A stretch of DNA of 64,000 nucleotides from Raillietiella orientalis (GCA_036172245.1 JAYWIR010000001.1:1054001-1118000); one strand, 5' to 3'. Shown: positions 24,401 through 37,489, counted from the stretch's first letter. The notes: generated by a model from the letters alone, not told the origin. Numbers and translations: made by a program.

Positions 24401-25054
24401 AGAATAACAAAAACTCTTGCAGGTTTGGATTAAGCGCTGCTTCTTGTTATCGGCAAGAAAACGCGAATCACCATGGGAAAGGATTCTTCCTTTCGTTTTC
24501 ACGAGAGCAGTGCGTCCTTCCATCCCCACCCCTGCCAATTTTGACCACCAGCTCGCCAGCTCGAAACGTCCTTGCTGAGAGGATGTTTTCGAAAAGGGCG
24601 TTACTTTATTTATTTTTCCCTCCATTAAGAAATAAGATTGATTCGTGAAAGGAAACGTGGCCATAGTTAGAGATGAAGGGTATTCTCAGGAATCTTATCT
24701 CAGGTGTGCCACTGCTTTAAGAAACTGCTTGCATCACGAACTGACGATGGAAAAGCTGTCACGCTCACCGTATGCACACGGCCATGTGCTGCATGTCTTG
24801 GGGGCAGAATGAGGGGGACCAAACGATGGGGGAAAAAGCAAAAACAAGAACGGGTTCCAAAGGAGAAAATTGGAGAAGAGAATACCTTGGCTAAACCAAA
24901 CGACAAAAAACGTTGCGCTCACAGTTAGTACTCAGCTAAGAACCTCGACGACTGGCGAACGCGGTTCAGAATGATGAGCTCATGGGTCAAAGGAGCATTT
25001 ACAGAATGGGCTTATCAAAAATAGCATCCCAGACTCCCACAATATCAAAAAGGA

Positions 25055-25124
25055 ACCACCCGATAAGTTTGCCATTGCTATGATGGGCAGAACCAGCAGA
25101 GCAGTGGCAAACTTATCGGGTGGT
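25055..25124. repeat. 70-nt hairpin (25-bp arms, 20-nt loop)
   Basis: ACCACCCGATAAGTTTGCCATTGCT (25055-25079) pairs with AGCAGTGGCAAACTTATCGGGTGGT (25100-25124), one G-U. Confidence 0.92.
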
Positions 25125-25399
25125 ACTTTTTTTCTTTTTTCTTTTTTTAACAGATCAATTCCTCAACCCGAGCAAAGAATTGAACCACAGCTCAAGTGTG
25201 CGTTGTAAATAAGCGCCACCGGCTTTCAGAAGATTCGCGACATGCTTTTGATCATTCGTGTGCATCAAATCATCAGAAGCACGCTTAATGCATTGGATGC
25301 ACGCATGGCTTTACGGAGCACACTGCGACCTCAGCTGCACGTTGGGCAGGCATGCGCAAAGAACCCTTCGCCGCCTGATTTTTCCCAGCGACCCGAAGA

Positions 25400-25990
25400 A
25401 TCCAGGAGCAGGGAGAGACGGGACAGGGCGGCCGCAAAGAGTAATTAACGCAGGGAGCTCCGAACGATTTCGCTGCCTGCGAGAAGCGCGCCATGCCAAC
25501 GTTGTCCACAAGCATTACTCATGGGAACACGTGGCCTTCGCTCCCGTGTTTGCCTTCGTTCTGGAAAGCTCGACGATCCTCGAAATAAACACTCGAAAAG
25601 GAACGAGCGGAGCTGAAAGGATTCCTTGGGATGCTCTCGGATGCCGCGTTACTGTCGTTACTGTGGCCCGGCGGCAAATCCAGCCATTCGACTCAGTTCA
25701 TTAGTTTCGAATTCTTTCAAAGCAGCTGTCAAGGAGTTCCGAATCGGTCAGTTGACATCGGCCAAAGTCGGTGTCACGAGTCACAAAAAGACTGAAGCAC
25801 AAGAGAAGGCTGGCAGCATTCGACTTCCGCGCCTTAGAAAATTTGCGCAGCGCTTCATTTTCGAAGCCAAACGAAAGCGAGCAGCAAGCCGTGCAAATGA
25901 CCTACAGCGTGAGAAGAAGCGAGAACGGAGAGGCCCTGAGGGGAACGATGCTGTGTGCGAGGGCTGGACCTGCATCTCTTGCCATCTGAA
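25400..25990 (+). mobile_element. Possible pogo-type (DDE_1) transposase relic
   Basis: QIQPFDS followed by NSFKAA resembles LQPLD..FK; weak elsewhere. Confidence 0.35.
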
Positions 25991-26169
25991 GGAGTCGTCA
26001 ACAGCTTATTTAATGATGAACGGGAAGGCTCTCGGAGTGAGACGCACGCGGATAGTCCAAATCCAACGAATCGGAAGAGAATAAAATAAAATGATGTGGA
26101 AAATTCATAAAATAAATAAATAAAGTGGATACCGTCCGAGTATGCCAAGCAAAAAAAAAAAAAATTCCT

Positions 26170-26500
26170 GTGCACAGAGCTCTCGCAATATACACTGTGT
26201 GTCATAATATATACACTCCCTCGCACAGTGTGTATATAATTAAGACTATTAGAGCTCTCATAAAACACGCGCTCATTTGCTCACTGTGCATATTATCAGA
26301 TAATATCGAAGCTGTTTTGGCTCCTAACGGTGTGCACTATCAGAGCTATGGGCGCTCTCATAATATACACACCCACTTGCACACGGTGGATATTATGAGG
26401 TGTTATCGGAGCTATTAAAGCTGTCATAATATAGAGACTCACTTGCACAGTGAGCATGTTATTAGAGCTATTGGAACTCTAATAATGTACACAGTGCGCA
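26170..26500. repeat. Degenerate minisatellite, ~55-70 bp unit, about 5 copies
   Basis: Recurrent GCTCTCATAATATACACACTCACTTGCACAGTGTGCATATTATCAGAGCTATT-like unit. Confidence 0.8.
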
Positions 26501-26539
26501 CATGCGGGAAAATAGGCGAAAATTTAGTGTCGGGATCTC

Positions 26540-27310
26540 AACAGAGCAGGGTGTTTATAAACGATCCTTACCGTTCTTCGTTTTCTGGAGACTGCAAGAC
26601 ACCGAGAGAAAAAGAAATGGTTACAAAGCTGGCCCGTGAAGAGGAAACGGAATGCAAACCCCGAAATTCTGCGTGGAGGAGAGAGACTTTTGAGAAGGGA
26701 GACGTCTCAAAACCCGCTTTTCCGTTCCCCAGCAGCTGATGATTCTCTCCGCTCCTTCACAAAGAGGATGCAAAGACCACGGCACCCGTATGCAGAAAAG
26801 AGTCACTTTCGTTCCACGAAACGTAACAAGCGCACCATATGATTGGCTATGGACGGCCATTGACAAGAATCGTGCAGGTCAGAGGAAAGAATGTCAAGAA
26901 AACGAATAGAACCTGATGGCATTTCATTCTCTCCCGCTGCTGTGATGAAGTTTCCAGAGTTCCAGTATTTCAGGGACGTTGCTTGGCTTCGAATCCTGCT
27001 AAGGAGATGATAACTGACATGTGGAGATGAGGAGCAGCGCATCCTCTGTAGCTCTTCTGAGCTCGTTATGACTACGGAATCTTTTTGAAGCAGCGAAGCG
27101 GCGAGAATTTCGGGAACCAGAAGCCTGCGAATCAGATGAAGGAAGGACTGGGGCTCTAGGAACATTCTTGCATAATGTCGGGAGGACTGCAGCAGAGCAG
27201 CAGCAGATGAAGTGATGTGGAATCAAATTGCTAGACGAAATCCACCCTTTCGAATTCGAATAACTCCCTCTCCAAAATGAAATCCAGACGCGGACAACAC
27301 AGGTTCCAAG
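26540..27310 (-). mobile_element. PIF/Harbinger transposase relic
   Basis: RVWISFW..KG, EPQSFLHLI, QKDSV, QWPSIA, CI/GAV, NGKAGF in the expected order. Confidence 0.65.
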
Positions 27311-27814
27311 AACAGAGCCTTCCGATTCCAGAATTCCAGACCGTGGTTCAAACAGATCTTTGCCTTCTTCGCCGGGAAAAAAGCCGCACCAACACAATTC
27401 TGGCACCAGCCAAAGTTTCCTGTTTTTCTGACAGGAGTGGTCACTGAGAAGATGTTTTATCTTGCCCAACACTTATCCGTCCATTCCGCACGCGACTGCA
27501 AACGCATCCTTCGAACATCCAGCAACTACGCTGCATCCACGATCTTGGATGATGTGGACAGAAGTATTAAGCACTCAGGACTTTCCAGAGTACGGAAACC
27601 ACATGGACGCATACAACACATGAACGGCAGGAATGATGATGATAGCCGTGGAGTGAGGCACGGATTTTTGAAAAACCATTGCAGATGGAAGGCATGTCTT
27701 TGAGAGAAACTGCAACTATCAGCGTACTCTATGGGTGAAAATTATCGGCGTGTACTGCGGGCGCCCATATGCGTTTGGTAGATGTTTTTACCTTGTAGAC
27801 GCGACATAAGTTAA

Positions 27815-29436
27815 CACTATGCCTGTTTGTGATGGACAAATACGCTTATGTTCCTATAATACCTTAGCAACGACAGTAAACAAAATTCCATTTATATCGG
27901 CTGACGATTCTCGTTTTTTCAGTCATCTCTCTGAAAAACCGAGAGTAACATAATATTATGCCCTTTAAGAAGCCGCCATTCGCTACGGGAGCGAGAGTCA
28001 AACTGCAAGCGATTGGAATGACGCTCTGGAGGAGTGACCTGCCACCGGACTCCCAGGATAACCTTCTGATGTTTTATCATGGAGGGATCCTGAGCGGGTC
28101 AAGGATGAAGTACTTCACAGGAAAACAAGACGAGGATTGCAAAGCATGTGGAGATGTGGATACAAAACTTCATGTCCTGACCTGCCCCACAATTCAATAG
28201 GACTGGCAGACTCTGAAAAGGGTCATAGGGTTGCATAACAACTCGCAGATAAAAGTTCTGGCCAGGATGTTCCAGAGAAGCGGAAACGCCCCTTGCTACA
28301 ATCCCATGGTTAGGATGACCATTGCTCTGTTCATCACCGCCATCCTCATAAGATGGTGGAAGATGAGGACAGCCAGAACGGCAGTATCTCCCATGGATAT
28401 CCTGAAAGAGATTATCCAAAGGGAGATCGGCATAAGGAACTGTGGAATAGTGCCAGCCTGGACATACCGATGCATCCTGAAAAGGATTAAGGATAACGTC
28501 CAGGCTCACCCAACGCCCAGACCACCCTAGTGCAGAACCTCAATGCAGTGACTCCCCGGAATTGAACTTCATAGTGAAAGCAAAGAGTGTTCTTGGAATT
28601 GAATGATTGAGACTGTAGTGTGAATGGGAAGAAAACAAATTCACCCTACCCCTCGTGGGATTAGGAGAAAGTAACATGACATTATGGTTGTGTCGTATAT
28701 AATTTATTATATTGTTTTTCATCTTTGTGATACCTTAAAAATGTCGAAGAAATTGTGACAAGAGACGACAGTGAAATAGACGAAGAGTCGGATTCGAGTG
28801 AAGAATATGGCGATGAAATTGAGAGAATATCCTCATGTTTTTCATCGTCCTCTGATTCCGAAGATAATAGAGCAGCCGAGTATAGGAACAAAAATAGAAA
28901 AAAAAGGCCCAGAGTACCGAAGAAGAGTATTCAGATTCAGTTCCAAATGTGGAAGACTTCACACGAGACAAAATCTTGACAGTGCTTTTGTGGTCAGAAA
29001 AGAATTTGGCCCCTACGATATATATGTTTGAGGACAGAAATGCAGGAGGGAAAGAAATCCGCTGATGCATTTCGGATTTTTTGCTCAGAAGAGCTGATTT
29101 CTCATATTACAAAAAAGAATAAAAATTATTACAAATATACAAAAGAACATACAGCACATGAAATACATTCTCGTTTGAACGCTTGAAAAGATGCTTCAGC
29201 GTGTAAGATGCGTGGATTTTTATGCAGTGCTAATGCCGCGGATGAGAAAAATCTCGATAAAAGAGGCCACTGACCAAGTGCTAAGAGCAACCATGCTAAG
29301 AACATCTGTGCATAACCTAATGTACCTAATGCTCCAAGCTTCCTGCCATGAGCAAAGGGTCACAAAGCAGATGGGCGCTTTCCACAGTACGAAACTTACC
29401 CCAGCGCCAAGCGCTGTTCCTTTGGCATCAGATTCT
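27815..29436 (+). mobile_element. piggyBac-like deleted relic carrying a LINE insertion
   Basis: TTAA|CACTATGCC at 27811; acidic SEIDEESDSSEE; RIFCSEELISHI..NYY resembles the PGBD N-terminal motif; right end uncertain. Confidence 0.5.
27961..28669 (+). mobile_element. 5'-truncated LINE with 17-bp TSD
   Basis: FYHGGIL..CKACGDVDTKLHVLTC zinc knuckle, one stop; TSD AGTAACATAATATTATG (27944-27960) / AGTAACATGACATTATG (28670-28686). Confidence 0.88.
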
Positions 29437-29894
29437 TAAGAGTCGGGGAACCGGTCTCTGGAAAGGGAAGAGATGCGAGAGCGCGAACGGACCTCAGGTA
29501 CCTAGCCGGCTTGCTGAGCTCCATTTTGAATCTTCTTCCTGAAAAAAGGAAAAGAAAAAATTCCTGGTGAGTTGCCGTTTTTATCAAGCCGGTGCAGCAA
29601 ATGAGCTCACGACACCCTGACCCAAGACACGAAATAGGAGATGTCACTGGTCTGAAACGAGGCACTTCGAAGCACCTAAGATAATCGAGTTGTTCTTGGA
29701 ACCGCACTACCGCCGTGGAAGCAGCTCAAGGCACACAACGCAGGTCATCGGCTGAGATTTCTTTGGAATTGTTCCTCAGTACTAATTATGGAATCCTTTG
29801 CTTAGCTGTCAGTTGTTCTACGGTTGCGCTGTCTTTTACTGATCTCCCACTGGCAGGAACCAGGAGCGACACGGCTCGTGGATGAAGATCAGAC

Positions 29895-30610
29895 CCGCCT
29901 TGGAGACCGAGCGGCTGCAGTCTTCGCGCACGGTGCCGATCGTTGCGGGTTCGAATCCCGTCCGGGGAAGGATCGACGCCGAGAATAGGGGGCGTGTCGT
30001 GGGTTCCGAGTCCCCCCCCCCCGCAGGACGACGCCGGTTGACCTCGGTTGACTTCAGCTGCGGCACCGGCGGAAACCGTATGTTCCCGTCGACTGACCGG
30101 GATTGGAAGTTGACCCACAGGGGTCTTTCCAGGAATCAAGGAGTTCTTCAGGGTTTTTCCCCTCCGGTTGTAAGGATTGAGCTTGTTGTTGCCTCCCTCG
30201 TGGGGTCGTCTCTCCAGAGTATTAGGAAGCGCGCTGCTCCCTTCGGGGTTGCCTTCAGAGGAGGAAACAAGGAGAGGCTCCCTTGTGGGTTCTCCTCCGG
30301 AGAAGTTCCAGGAGTAAATCCTTCCTGGGTTCCCTTCGGAGGAGAAGCGAGAAAGGACTCCCTCCAGGGTTCCTTCTGGAGACGACTAATGCGAGGGTTT
30401 CCTTCGTGGTTCCCTCCGGTGCATGAACGGAACAGACTCCTTCCTCCGGAGCCTTCCTGGATTCTTAGAGTGGTCCCTCCGGGGTACCTCCTATAACTTG
30501 AGGAGTGACACGCGCCCTCGGATGGCGTGGACGGTGATTCAAGAGCTTCGTGAGCCGCTTCTAAGGATGCGGACAGTTCTTCAGCACTTCCAAAAGAAAA
30601 GAACATTTCC
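29895..30610 (+). repeat. tRNA-headed module, copy 3
   Basis: B-box GGGTTCGAATCCC at 29947-29959; collinear body; ~40-bp subrepeats at 30245-30450. Confidence 0.9.
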
Positions 30611-30614
30611 GGGA

Positions 30615-31250
30615 CTGGCGTTCCCCAACTCCAGGACTCTCGTCTGCTTGTCTCCCGATCCCTGGAAGCTGCTCTCACACGCTTTCGCTGGCTCGTCGGA
30701 GAGGGTGGAACCTCCCAGAAGAGGAGGAGGAGGAGGAGAAGGGACGCGGCTCAAAAGACGCGACTCCTCAGCGGACCGCGGTGACCGCAAGAGGTGACGA
30801 AAGAGAGAACGAAGACGGCGGCGGTGGCGGAGGAGGAACGCCAATTGATTGGTGGCAAGCAACTGAAAGCTCAACGTGGCTGACCGAGGGGGACGACGCC
30901 CTTCCGAAGAATCCTGGAGAAGCCCTCGGTCGCAACGTTGCCGACAAATCGGGGTCGCCGGAAAAACAGGGACTCCGCAGGGCAAAAGCAAACAAAAAGA
31001 TCAACATGTCCCAGGCATCGTCCAAGCTGACGCTCGGCATTTGCTCTCCACATGACGACATGTCTTTGACAGACACACAGCTGGTTCTAACGAGGCGGCG
31101 GACGATCCCTGAACGGCGCTTTCAAGAGTACCGCGCTTGGTTTGAACTGGAAGCGGACGTAAGAGGAGGAAGCAGGGTTAGGATCGAGTAGAGGCGAGTT
31201 CGCTGGAAGAGCTGCCACAGCGAGACCTCTCCGGAAATTCCGGGTAGCTC
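30615..31250 (+). mobile_element. LINE ORF2 fragment (between endonuclease and RT)
   Basis: ELEADVRGGSRVRIE*RRVRW resembles the RSR..W linker motif of L1/Tx1 ORF2. Confidence 0.45.
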
Positions 31251-31259
31251 TTCGAAAAA

Positions 31260-32160
31260 ACCAGGTGGGAGTCTGTAGTCTTCGAAGCCAAATGGTCTTC
31301 CAAAAAACACTGGGCTGAAGGAAAGACGGGACGAAAGTTTTTTAACAAAGAACATCATCATGACATTGAATTCAATGATATTCATCTTCATCTTCCCTTC
31401 CCCTTCCCCATCATCATGGCGGATTCTCCATCCATCCTGTAGGGAGGCGAAGCAACTGTCTTCCGTTCTTTGGCGGTTTAATCAGGGAAACTTTCCAGCT
31501 TCATGAAATCAAGTGCCCCGGTGCCTGTCAAGGGGATGGATTGGGAATTGAAAACGATCATTAAAGCTCTTTGCATGGTCCCAGGAGCACACAAAAAATG
31601 TACTGTAATCGCTTCTGGACTTGTGTTTCTTTGCCCTAAGAAGCACATTGTCTTCTCCGAAGTAATGAAGCTAGAAGATAAAAAAATCCTTTTCCGCCTC
31701 TGGTTCATCTAAGGATGTTTTTTTTTTTTCTTTACGAACTGCTCTCCATCGGGTCTTTGTAGAGCAATGGCTGCACGCAGTTATTGCTAGAAGGTTCTCG
31801 AGATGACACTCGATGTGAAACCCTTTCTGCCCACAGAGTTTCCTGTTTCACTAATTCATGACTGTAAACAGCTGGTCTGTGGGATGCTGATTTACGGATC
31901 AGATGACAACAAGTTGGTGAGAGATCTTCGGAAACCGCCTCCGGTTTGGGGCACTTCTTACCCGAGAAAAGATCAAGTCAATTAACGTCCTCTTTCTGTT
32001 GACCCAGATGTTCCCCAAAGCCCCTCTAGATGGAGAACGAGAGTACACGCTAGATTTGATCTGTGGGAGGTGTTGGAAGACGAGTACATCTTTTTGAATA
32101 TGTGTTGCCTTCTATGGAGGCACCAGATCTAAGATTCCCCCAACGAAACGGATTCACTTC
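31260..32160 (-). mobile_element. LINE RT relic
   Basis: NLLSSDP*I, QKGF..EN, LDEPEAEKDF, FFGRPF in RT domain order. Confidence 0.65.
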
Positions 32161-32299
32161 TCTAATTAACTCGTTTCTTCTGATCAGAGGCGGAGTTCTA
32201 TTGGCACCGCGGAAGAATTACTCGCGTTTCACTTTGGAATAGCCCCCACAAGCCACGAAAAGAGGTTCCCACTGTAAATAGGGTAATTCGACCCGATGC

Positions 32300-33045
32300 C
32301 CGCGTCACTGGCCATGTGGTCACGGTCTCCACGCGTGTTACCAGACGTCGCTGGTCCGAATACTCGGCAAGAATCGACGTCCAGAGAGATGGGGGGTGCG
32401 TCATGGATTTCGAGTTTCTCCCGCAAGATGATGCTGGTCAGCCTACATTCATTCGGGTGCGGCACTGGTAGCGATTCAACCTGGATGCTCACGATGAGGG
32501 CTGGGATTGGGAGTCGACCTCCGGGTCGGTCCTTCCAGGAAAGAGAATCAAGGAGTGGGCAGTTTCGCTCAGGTTGTTTACAGGAGCGGATCCCCCCCTC
32601 TTGCATGGACCCTCCATCTCGTACCATGGAGCTGGTGGATTGACGGTGTCCCTCCAGAGTGCAAAGAATCGTGTCTTTCCCGTCGGGGAGCTCCCTTCTG
32701 AGAAAATTCGGAAGCGTTTCTCCGGGGCTCTCTTCAGAGGAGCAAACAGGAGCGATCCCGTGCGAGATTTCCTTCAGAGACAACAGGGGTGATGGATCCC
32801 CGAAGGAAATCCCTCAGGCGTGAGGGGAGCGAACTTCCTTCTACGGAACCCTTCCTGGATTCATATGGAATCCCCCTCCCTACCTTGAAGAATTACACGC
32901 ACCTTCGGGTGGCGTGGAACAGCGTTAAAGAGCTGCGTGAGCCTCCAGGCACGCGACGATTCTCCAGGTACTTGGCAAATCAAAGAAAAAGAAAGCGGGA
33001 AGAAAAACAGAGAAGACAGAAGAAAAACCCAAAAGGATTGCACGT
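32300..33045 (+). repeat. tRNA-headed module, copy 4
   Basis: A-box-like TGGCCATGTGG, decayed B-box GGTCCGAATAC, collinear body and A-rich end. Confidence 0.88.
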
Positions 33046-33079
33046 GCAAGAACGATCCAGTTGAGATGCAAAGGTTCCT

Positions 33080-34130
33080 GGTATGCCCTTCATCACGAGA
33101 GGAAGAGGAACGATAATTTCTCGAGAAACACCTATCTCTGAGCTTTGGACCACGGAGTTTGATCTCCAAACCTTCTCGAAAAGTAGTTTTAGACAGTCAG
33201 GAACCTTTTTGAACCCCTAAGATCACATGGAACGACTTTACGGTTGCCTTGGTTTCGTTTTCCTCCTCGGAAAAGAGCACAGGAAAAGCCATCCATAAAC
33301 AGTCTCACCTTCCCTCGCACCATCAGGCATCTCTTTCGAGATTTTTGCGCATGTAAACAAGAGCAGAAAGCCCCCCTATGGATTCAATCACTGGGATTGG
33401 AAAAGTCCGCCCAGGGGAGTGGCAAGTTTGAAGCGAGACCCATCTGGAACGTAGGGGTCGGCTTCAGCCACAAGGTACGCTGGAAGTGCTCCGGAAAGAC
33501 ACGGGTCCGTCCCTTCATGAAGGAATGCGCACGGGCGCTTTTGCTGCTTCCGCACGTTGCACGCGACCTACGCGGCTGCTTTGCGTTCTTCCCCATCGGA
33601 ATCCAAGTTTTTCTTACGCAGCTTCCCAACACACGGAATTCCTTAGATTAGGCACAGCTTCGGCCGCGCATTCACATCGTCTCTTCGAAAGCGGAAAGTG
33701 GATCTAGGATGGCGCTTTTTACTCTTTAAGCTCTTTCTGGTATTTTGGCAGGCTGATACGAACCGTAATCGTTGGGAAGCTTCCAGAATTCATCAGAACG
33801 AATCGTGGCCTTGGACTTGGAATCGTCGGCAGCAATCTCTCCAGACCGATGCAAAAAGTTCTTATCGGTTTGGCTTTGGAAGCTGGGATTCCTTCCTGAT
33901 GCTGCTGGAACGAATTTCTCGTCGACCGCAGCAATGGTGATCTGGAATGGCAAAGGTTACAGGAAGACGAAATCACTCATCAGTCGTGGATGCACCAGCT
34001 AGCACAGCAGCTGGAACGCGAGGTGTCTGCTGATGTTTCGAGAATACGATCTGACACGCTATGGTTTGCAAGGATTCCGGTGGGCAAGTCACTGGTGAAG
34101 AGCAGAAAGAACGGAAAGTGCTAACAAATC
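33080..34130 (+). mobile_element. LINE RT relic
   Basis: SLGLEKSA..VGF, EGMRTG, SYAAS, LGFLPD in RT domain order. Confidence 0.6.
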
Positions 34131-34189
34131 ATCATCACTCATTCTTTTTACTTCTCATCATGAAGAATATTTCTGTTCACGATTGAAAT

Positions 34190-34720
34190 TTCAACAGCTA
34201 TTAACAGATATGCGGGTAATTAGCAATAGTTTTTCAGTTAGTCTCTTCAAGAGGGGAGCATCGACTGAATAGCGATATTTGTCATCCATAGTATTTTTTT
34301 TTTTTTTTACGCGAGTGGTGTGACTTTCGTTCATTTTAAGATGTCGTTTATTAGTGCCCGGGATGAGTATCCTCGTACAACCTCGAATTCTACGGCTCTT
34401 TCCAGTATTAGTGGCAAATAAAATGCACTGGGTGTTCATCTTTCAACGAATATCGTGAAACCGTTTCAAAAACTCTATAAAATCTTGGAAGGTTCCGTCG
34501 AAATGATACTGAAAATTTGGATTCATTAAAAAAATGAACTCTATTATGGATGGTATGGAAACCGTCCTTCCATTCCAGCCACAATGAGGAGCAAGGACAG
34601 AGAGATACGAGAAAATGAGCATCGCACAGCAGACGGATGCACTAACCATTACCTGAGGATTAGGATCCTCATCAACGAAAGCATCATTAATAAACTGAGC
34701 GATTAATGATCGAGGATGAA
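34190..34720 (-). mobile_element. Possible Harbinger transposase N-terminal relic
   Basis: NFQYHFDGTFQDF resembles F..HFRM...F; weak. Confidence 0.35.
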
Positions 34721-35639
34721 TCACTCATCGCTCGCACATCTTGCTCGCTCGCACCTTGAGAATGGCTGTGCCACTGAATGCTACTGCGCCATCTATCAAA
34801 CCCTTTTCAGATCATTCCACAGTGATTTGCCACCTCCATGGCGCCATTCGCTTTGGACCAGAGTCCGCAGTCTTCAAAGGGTGCGAAAAAAGAAATGTGG
34901 AAAGCTGCTCTCTCCAGACTGCCTAAACTGTTGTACCCCTTTGTGGCTCCCGGGCACTCATTTCTCAGTACAAAGAAAAATTCGACTGGCTGAAAGGGAA
35001 ACGACAGGAGAAGCGGAGCTGCAATTTATGCTGGCTCATCGGGGAAGCCTTTCGGTCTCTGAGGCGGGTGGGAATGGCAGGAGGCTCGATTCTCATTGTG
35101 AGCATACACTGTATTTTTCTCAGTTAGTGTTTCTTCCTCAGGCTTCCAGAAAGCGTCCACCGAGCGGGTTTTCCGTTGAGGGGGAGTATTTCCTCTTCGG
35201 AGCCAGAGGCCATTACTCTTGCGGTAACCCCTGCTGGGGATGTTGGCACGAAAGTTATCATCCGTTCGAGATGGAAGTTGAGAAAACGGGAGGCGCAGGA
35301 GAACGAAGCGGTCGAAAAAGGAAATCGCGGAAGAGGAAAGGAATGAAACGCGCTTTCATCTGACTTTTGTCCAGGGGGACGCACGAGCTCAGAATGAATC
35401 CCAGGGGCGTTCTGTCTCGGGGATGACTTGGAATAGCATTCGAAATCCGGGAGACCAAAGCACGGATGGCTACAGTCCAACAACACCAAAAGCTCTGATA
35501 GGAAATTTAGAGCCCCTGACAAGTGTCTGGCAGCTGGTGCAAAAAAAAAGGGGGGGGAGGATTTATGTCTTAATAAAAAAACAAAAAATGCATTTGTAAA
35601 ATGTTTATATAAAAAAAAATATTCAAATTTTAAAAACGA

Positions 35640-35970
35640 TAAACTCGCAGGCGAGGATGAGACGCCCTCTGACATGGACTGACAAGAACGTGCTGTTCGA
35701 ATGAGCGTGTATCCGGGAGCACCGAATGAGAGATGTGCTCTGAAGAAATTTTGCACCGACACCACGGAAGCATCTGGAATCTTGAATGCACTGCGGAAAG
35801 GGGGTGAGGAAGGGAATTCTTCAAATCTCGACGGAGGGAAGGGTGATGTTGAAAATGCATTTCGACAATGTGTCTCGACTCTCTCCCATCAACTTCTATG
35901 AGCAGATGCAGTCTTCCCCTATTCCGTGTGTTTCGGAAGCAGTAGCTGACGATAGTGCAACCCAACTAAA
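35640..35970 (+). mobile_element. LINE RT fragment
   Basis: DVENAF/DNVS (RT domain 3) across a frameshift at about 35860. Confidence 0.6.
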
Positions 35971-36449
35971 GATTAAAAAAAAAATATGCTAAGGATAACC
36001 GATGAATATTACGAGGTGAAAACCGGATGCCAAACGAGAAAAAGAAAAAAAGGGGGTTCAGAAAATCATCTACATCTATCTACGTGCCTTTTAGGGAAAA
36101 AAGTACAAGTCAGCACCTCAGGGTACAAGGTACCTTGGACGCTTACACTTCCGTACCACAAAAGATTTAGTTCTTGAATCCCTGGTGTCACGGAAATTCA
36201 TGCAGTCCCGTTCGCAAGCTCGAAAAGACTTCAGAAAGGTCTTTGGTTTCCGATCTCTGCAGAGCTGTTTGCTCTTTCGCCACCACTTCTTCTTCATCCA
36301 CTGATTCGGGAAAAAAAGTGGAAGGAAGAAGAGTCTGAGCTGCCCCGAATGTCTGACTAAGGCTGCTTCCCTTCTACGGGAGAGGTCGGGAACTTGCTTG
36401 AAAAACACTCGAAGAAACCGCGATGTAAATCTGAGTGTTGAGCTCAGAT

Positions 36450-37100
36450 GGTCCTCTAGCGGGTCACCTCACAGGTCAGGTGTCAGGACCGCATGTGGCA
36501 CCAAGCGTCGCGGGTTCGAATCCCCACATGGAGGATCCACTCCAAGAAATGGGCGCGCCGTGGGTTTCGAGTTCCCTTCGAAAGATGACGCTGGTGGGCC
36601 CACATTCGGGTAAGGCACTGGCGGAAGCAGCCGGAAATCAGATGACCACGTTGGCTGACCGGGATAGTTGGAACTGGAAGTCAACCCTTTGGGGTTCCCC
36701 TCCGGGTGTGCAAAGGGAGCCGTCCTCTTCCTGGGGACGGACCTTTTACCGCGAACCATGGAGCTGGTTGATGCCCCCCTTGGGGTGTTTTCTCTCCAGT
36801 GTCAGAAGCGCGCCTCTCCCTTCGGGGAGCACCTTTCAGAGAAAATAGGAAAACTCCCCTTCGAAGTTCTCTTCAGAGTAGGAAACCAGGATCGGCCCTT
36901 GCGGGCTCTTTCCGAAGAAATGAGGAATGGTCCCTTCCGGAGGGTTCCTCTGGGAGAATAAAGAAGCGGTTGACTTCAGGATTCCCTTGGGAGGCAACTA
37001 GGGCAGCAGTTCCCTTCCGGGTTCCCTCCCAATGGTAAGAGGAACGGACTTCTTCCTCAGTAGCCTTCCTGGACTCATTGGGTCCCTCCCCCCGGGGTTA
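36450..37100 (+). repeat. tRNA-headed module, copy 5 (3'-truncated)
   Basis: GGGTTCGAATCCC at 36512-36524; body collinear until about 37100. Confidence 0.88.
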
Positions 37101-37489
37101 CCCCTCCATCTCCACATCTCGAATTATCGGACCACCTGGATTCTTGCTTTCGAGCATTCTGCTACGAGGAATTGCATGTGAGCGACCTCTGCCGAGAGCA
37201 TCAAGGGACGAAGAAAGGTGCTCCTGACGTAGGTGATTGTTTCCGGAAGATGCTGTTGGGTACAACCAAACATCTGGATGCCCTGGCAACGGACTGTTGT
37301 CTGGGCTGCAGCGCCAGTCATGGAAATCTCATGCATGGAGATACAACACAGGAGCCTGTGGGACCACTCTACCAACTCAGGAGAAGTTGGACTGAACTGA
37401 ACTCTGTCGCCTGAATGAAGCATATGTGGGAAGTTCTGAAGGAAGGATCGAAAGATGTAACCATAGAGACCAAAGCATTTAATTGGAAA

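Noticed and set aside
24970-25050. C/D box snoRNA (ATGATGA)
   Set aside because: No suitably placed D box or terminal stem.
30245-30450. CRISPR-like array
   Set aside because: Degenerate tandem units without unique spacers, eukaryotic context, no cas genes.
36450-36540. Functional tRNA genes at the module heads
   Set aside because: B-box/T-arm present, but D-arm, anticodon arm and acceptor stems are broken and differ among copies; tRNA-derived only.
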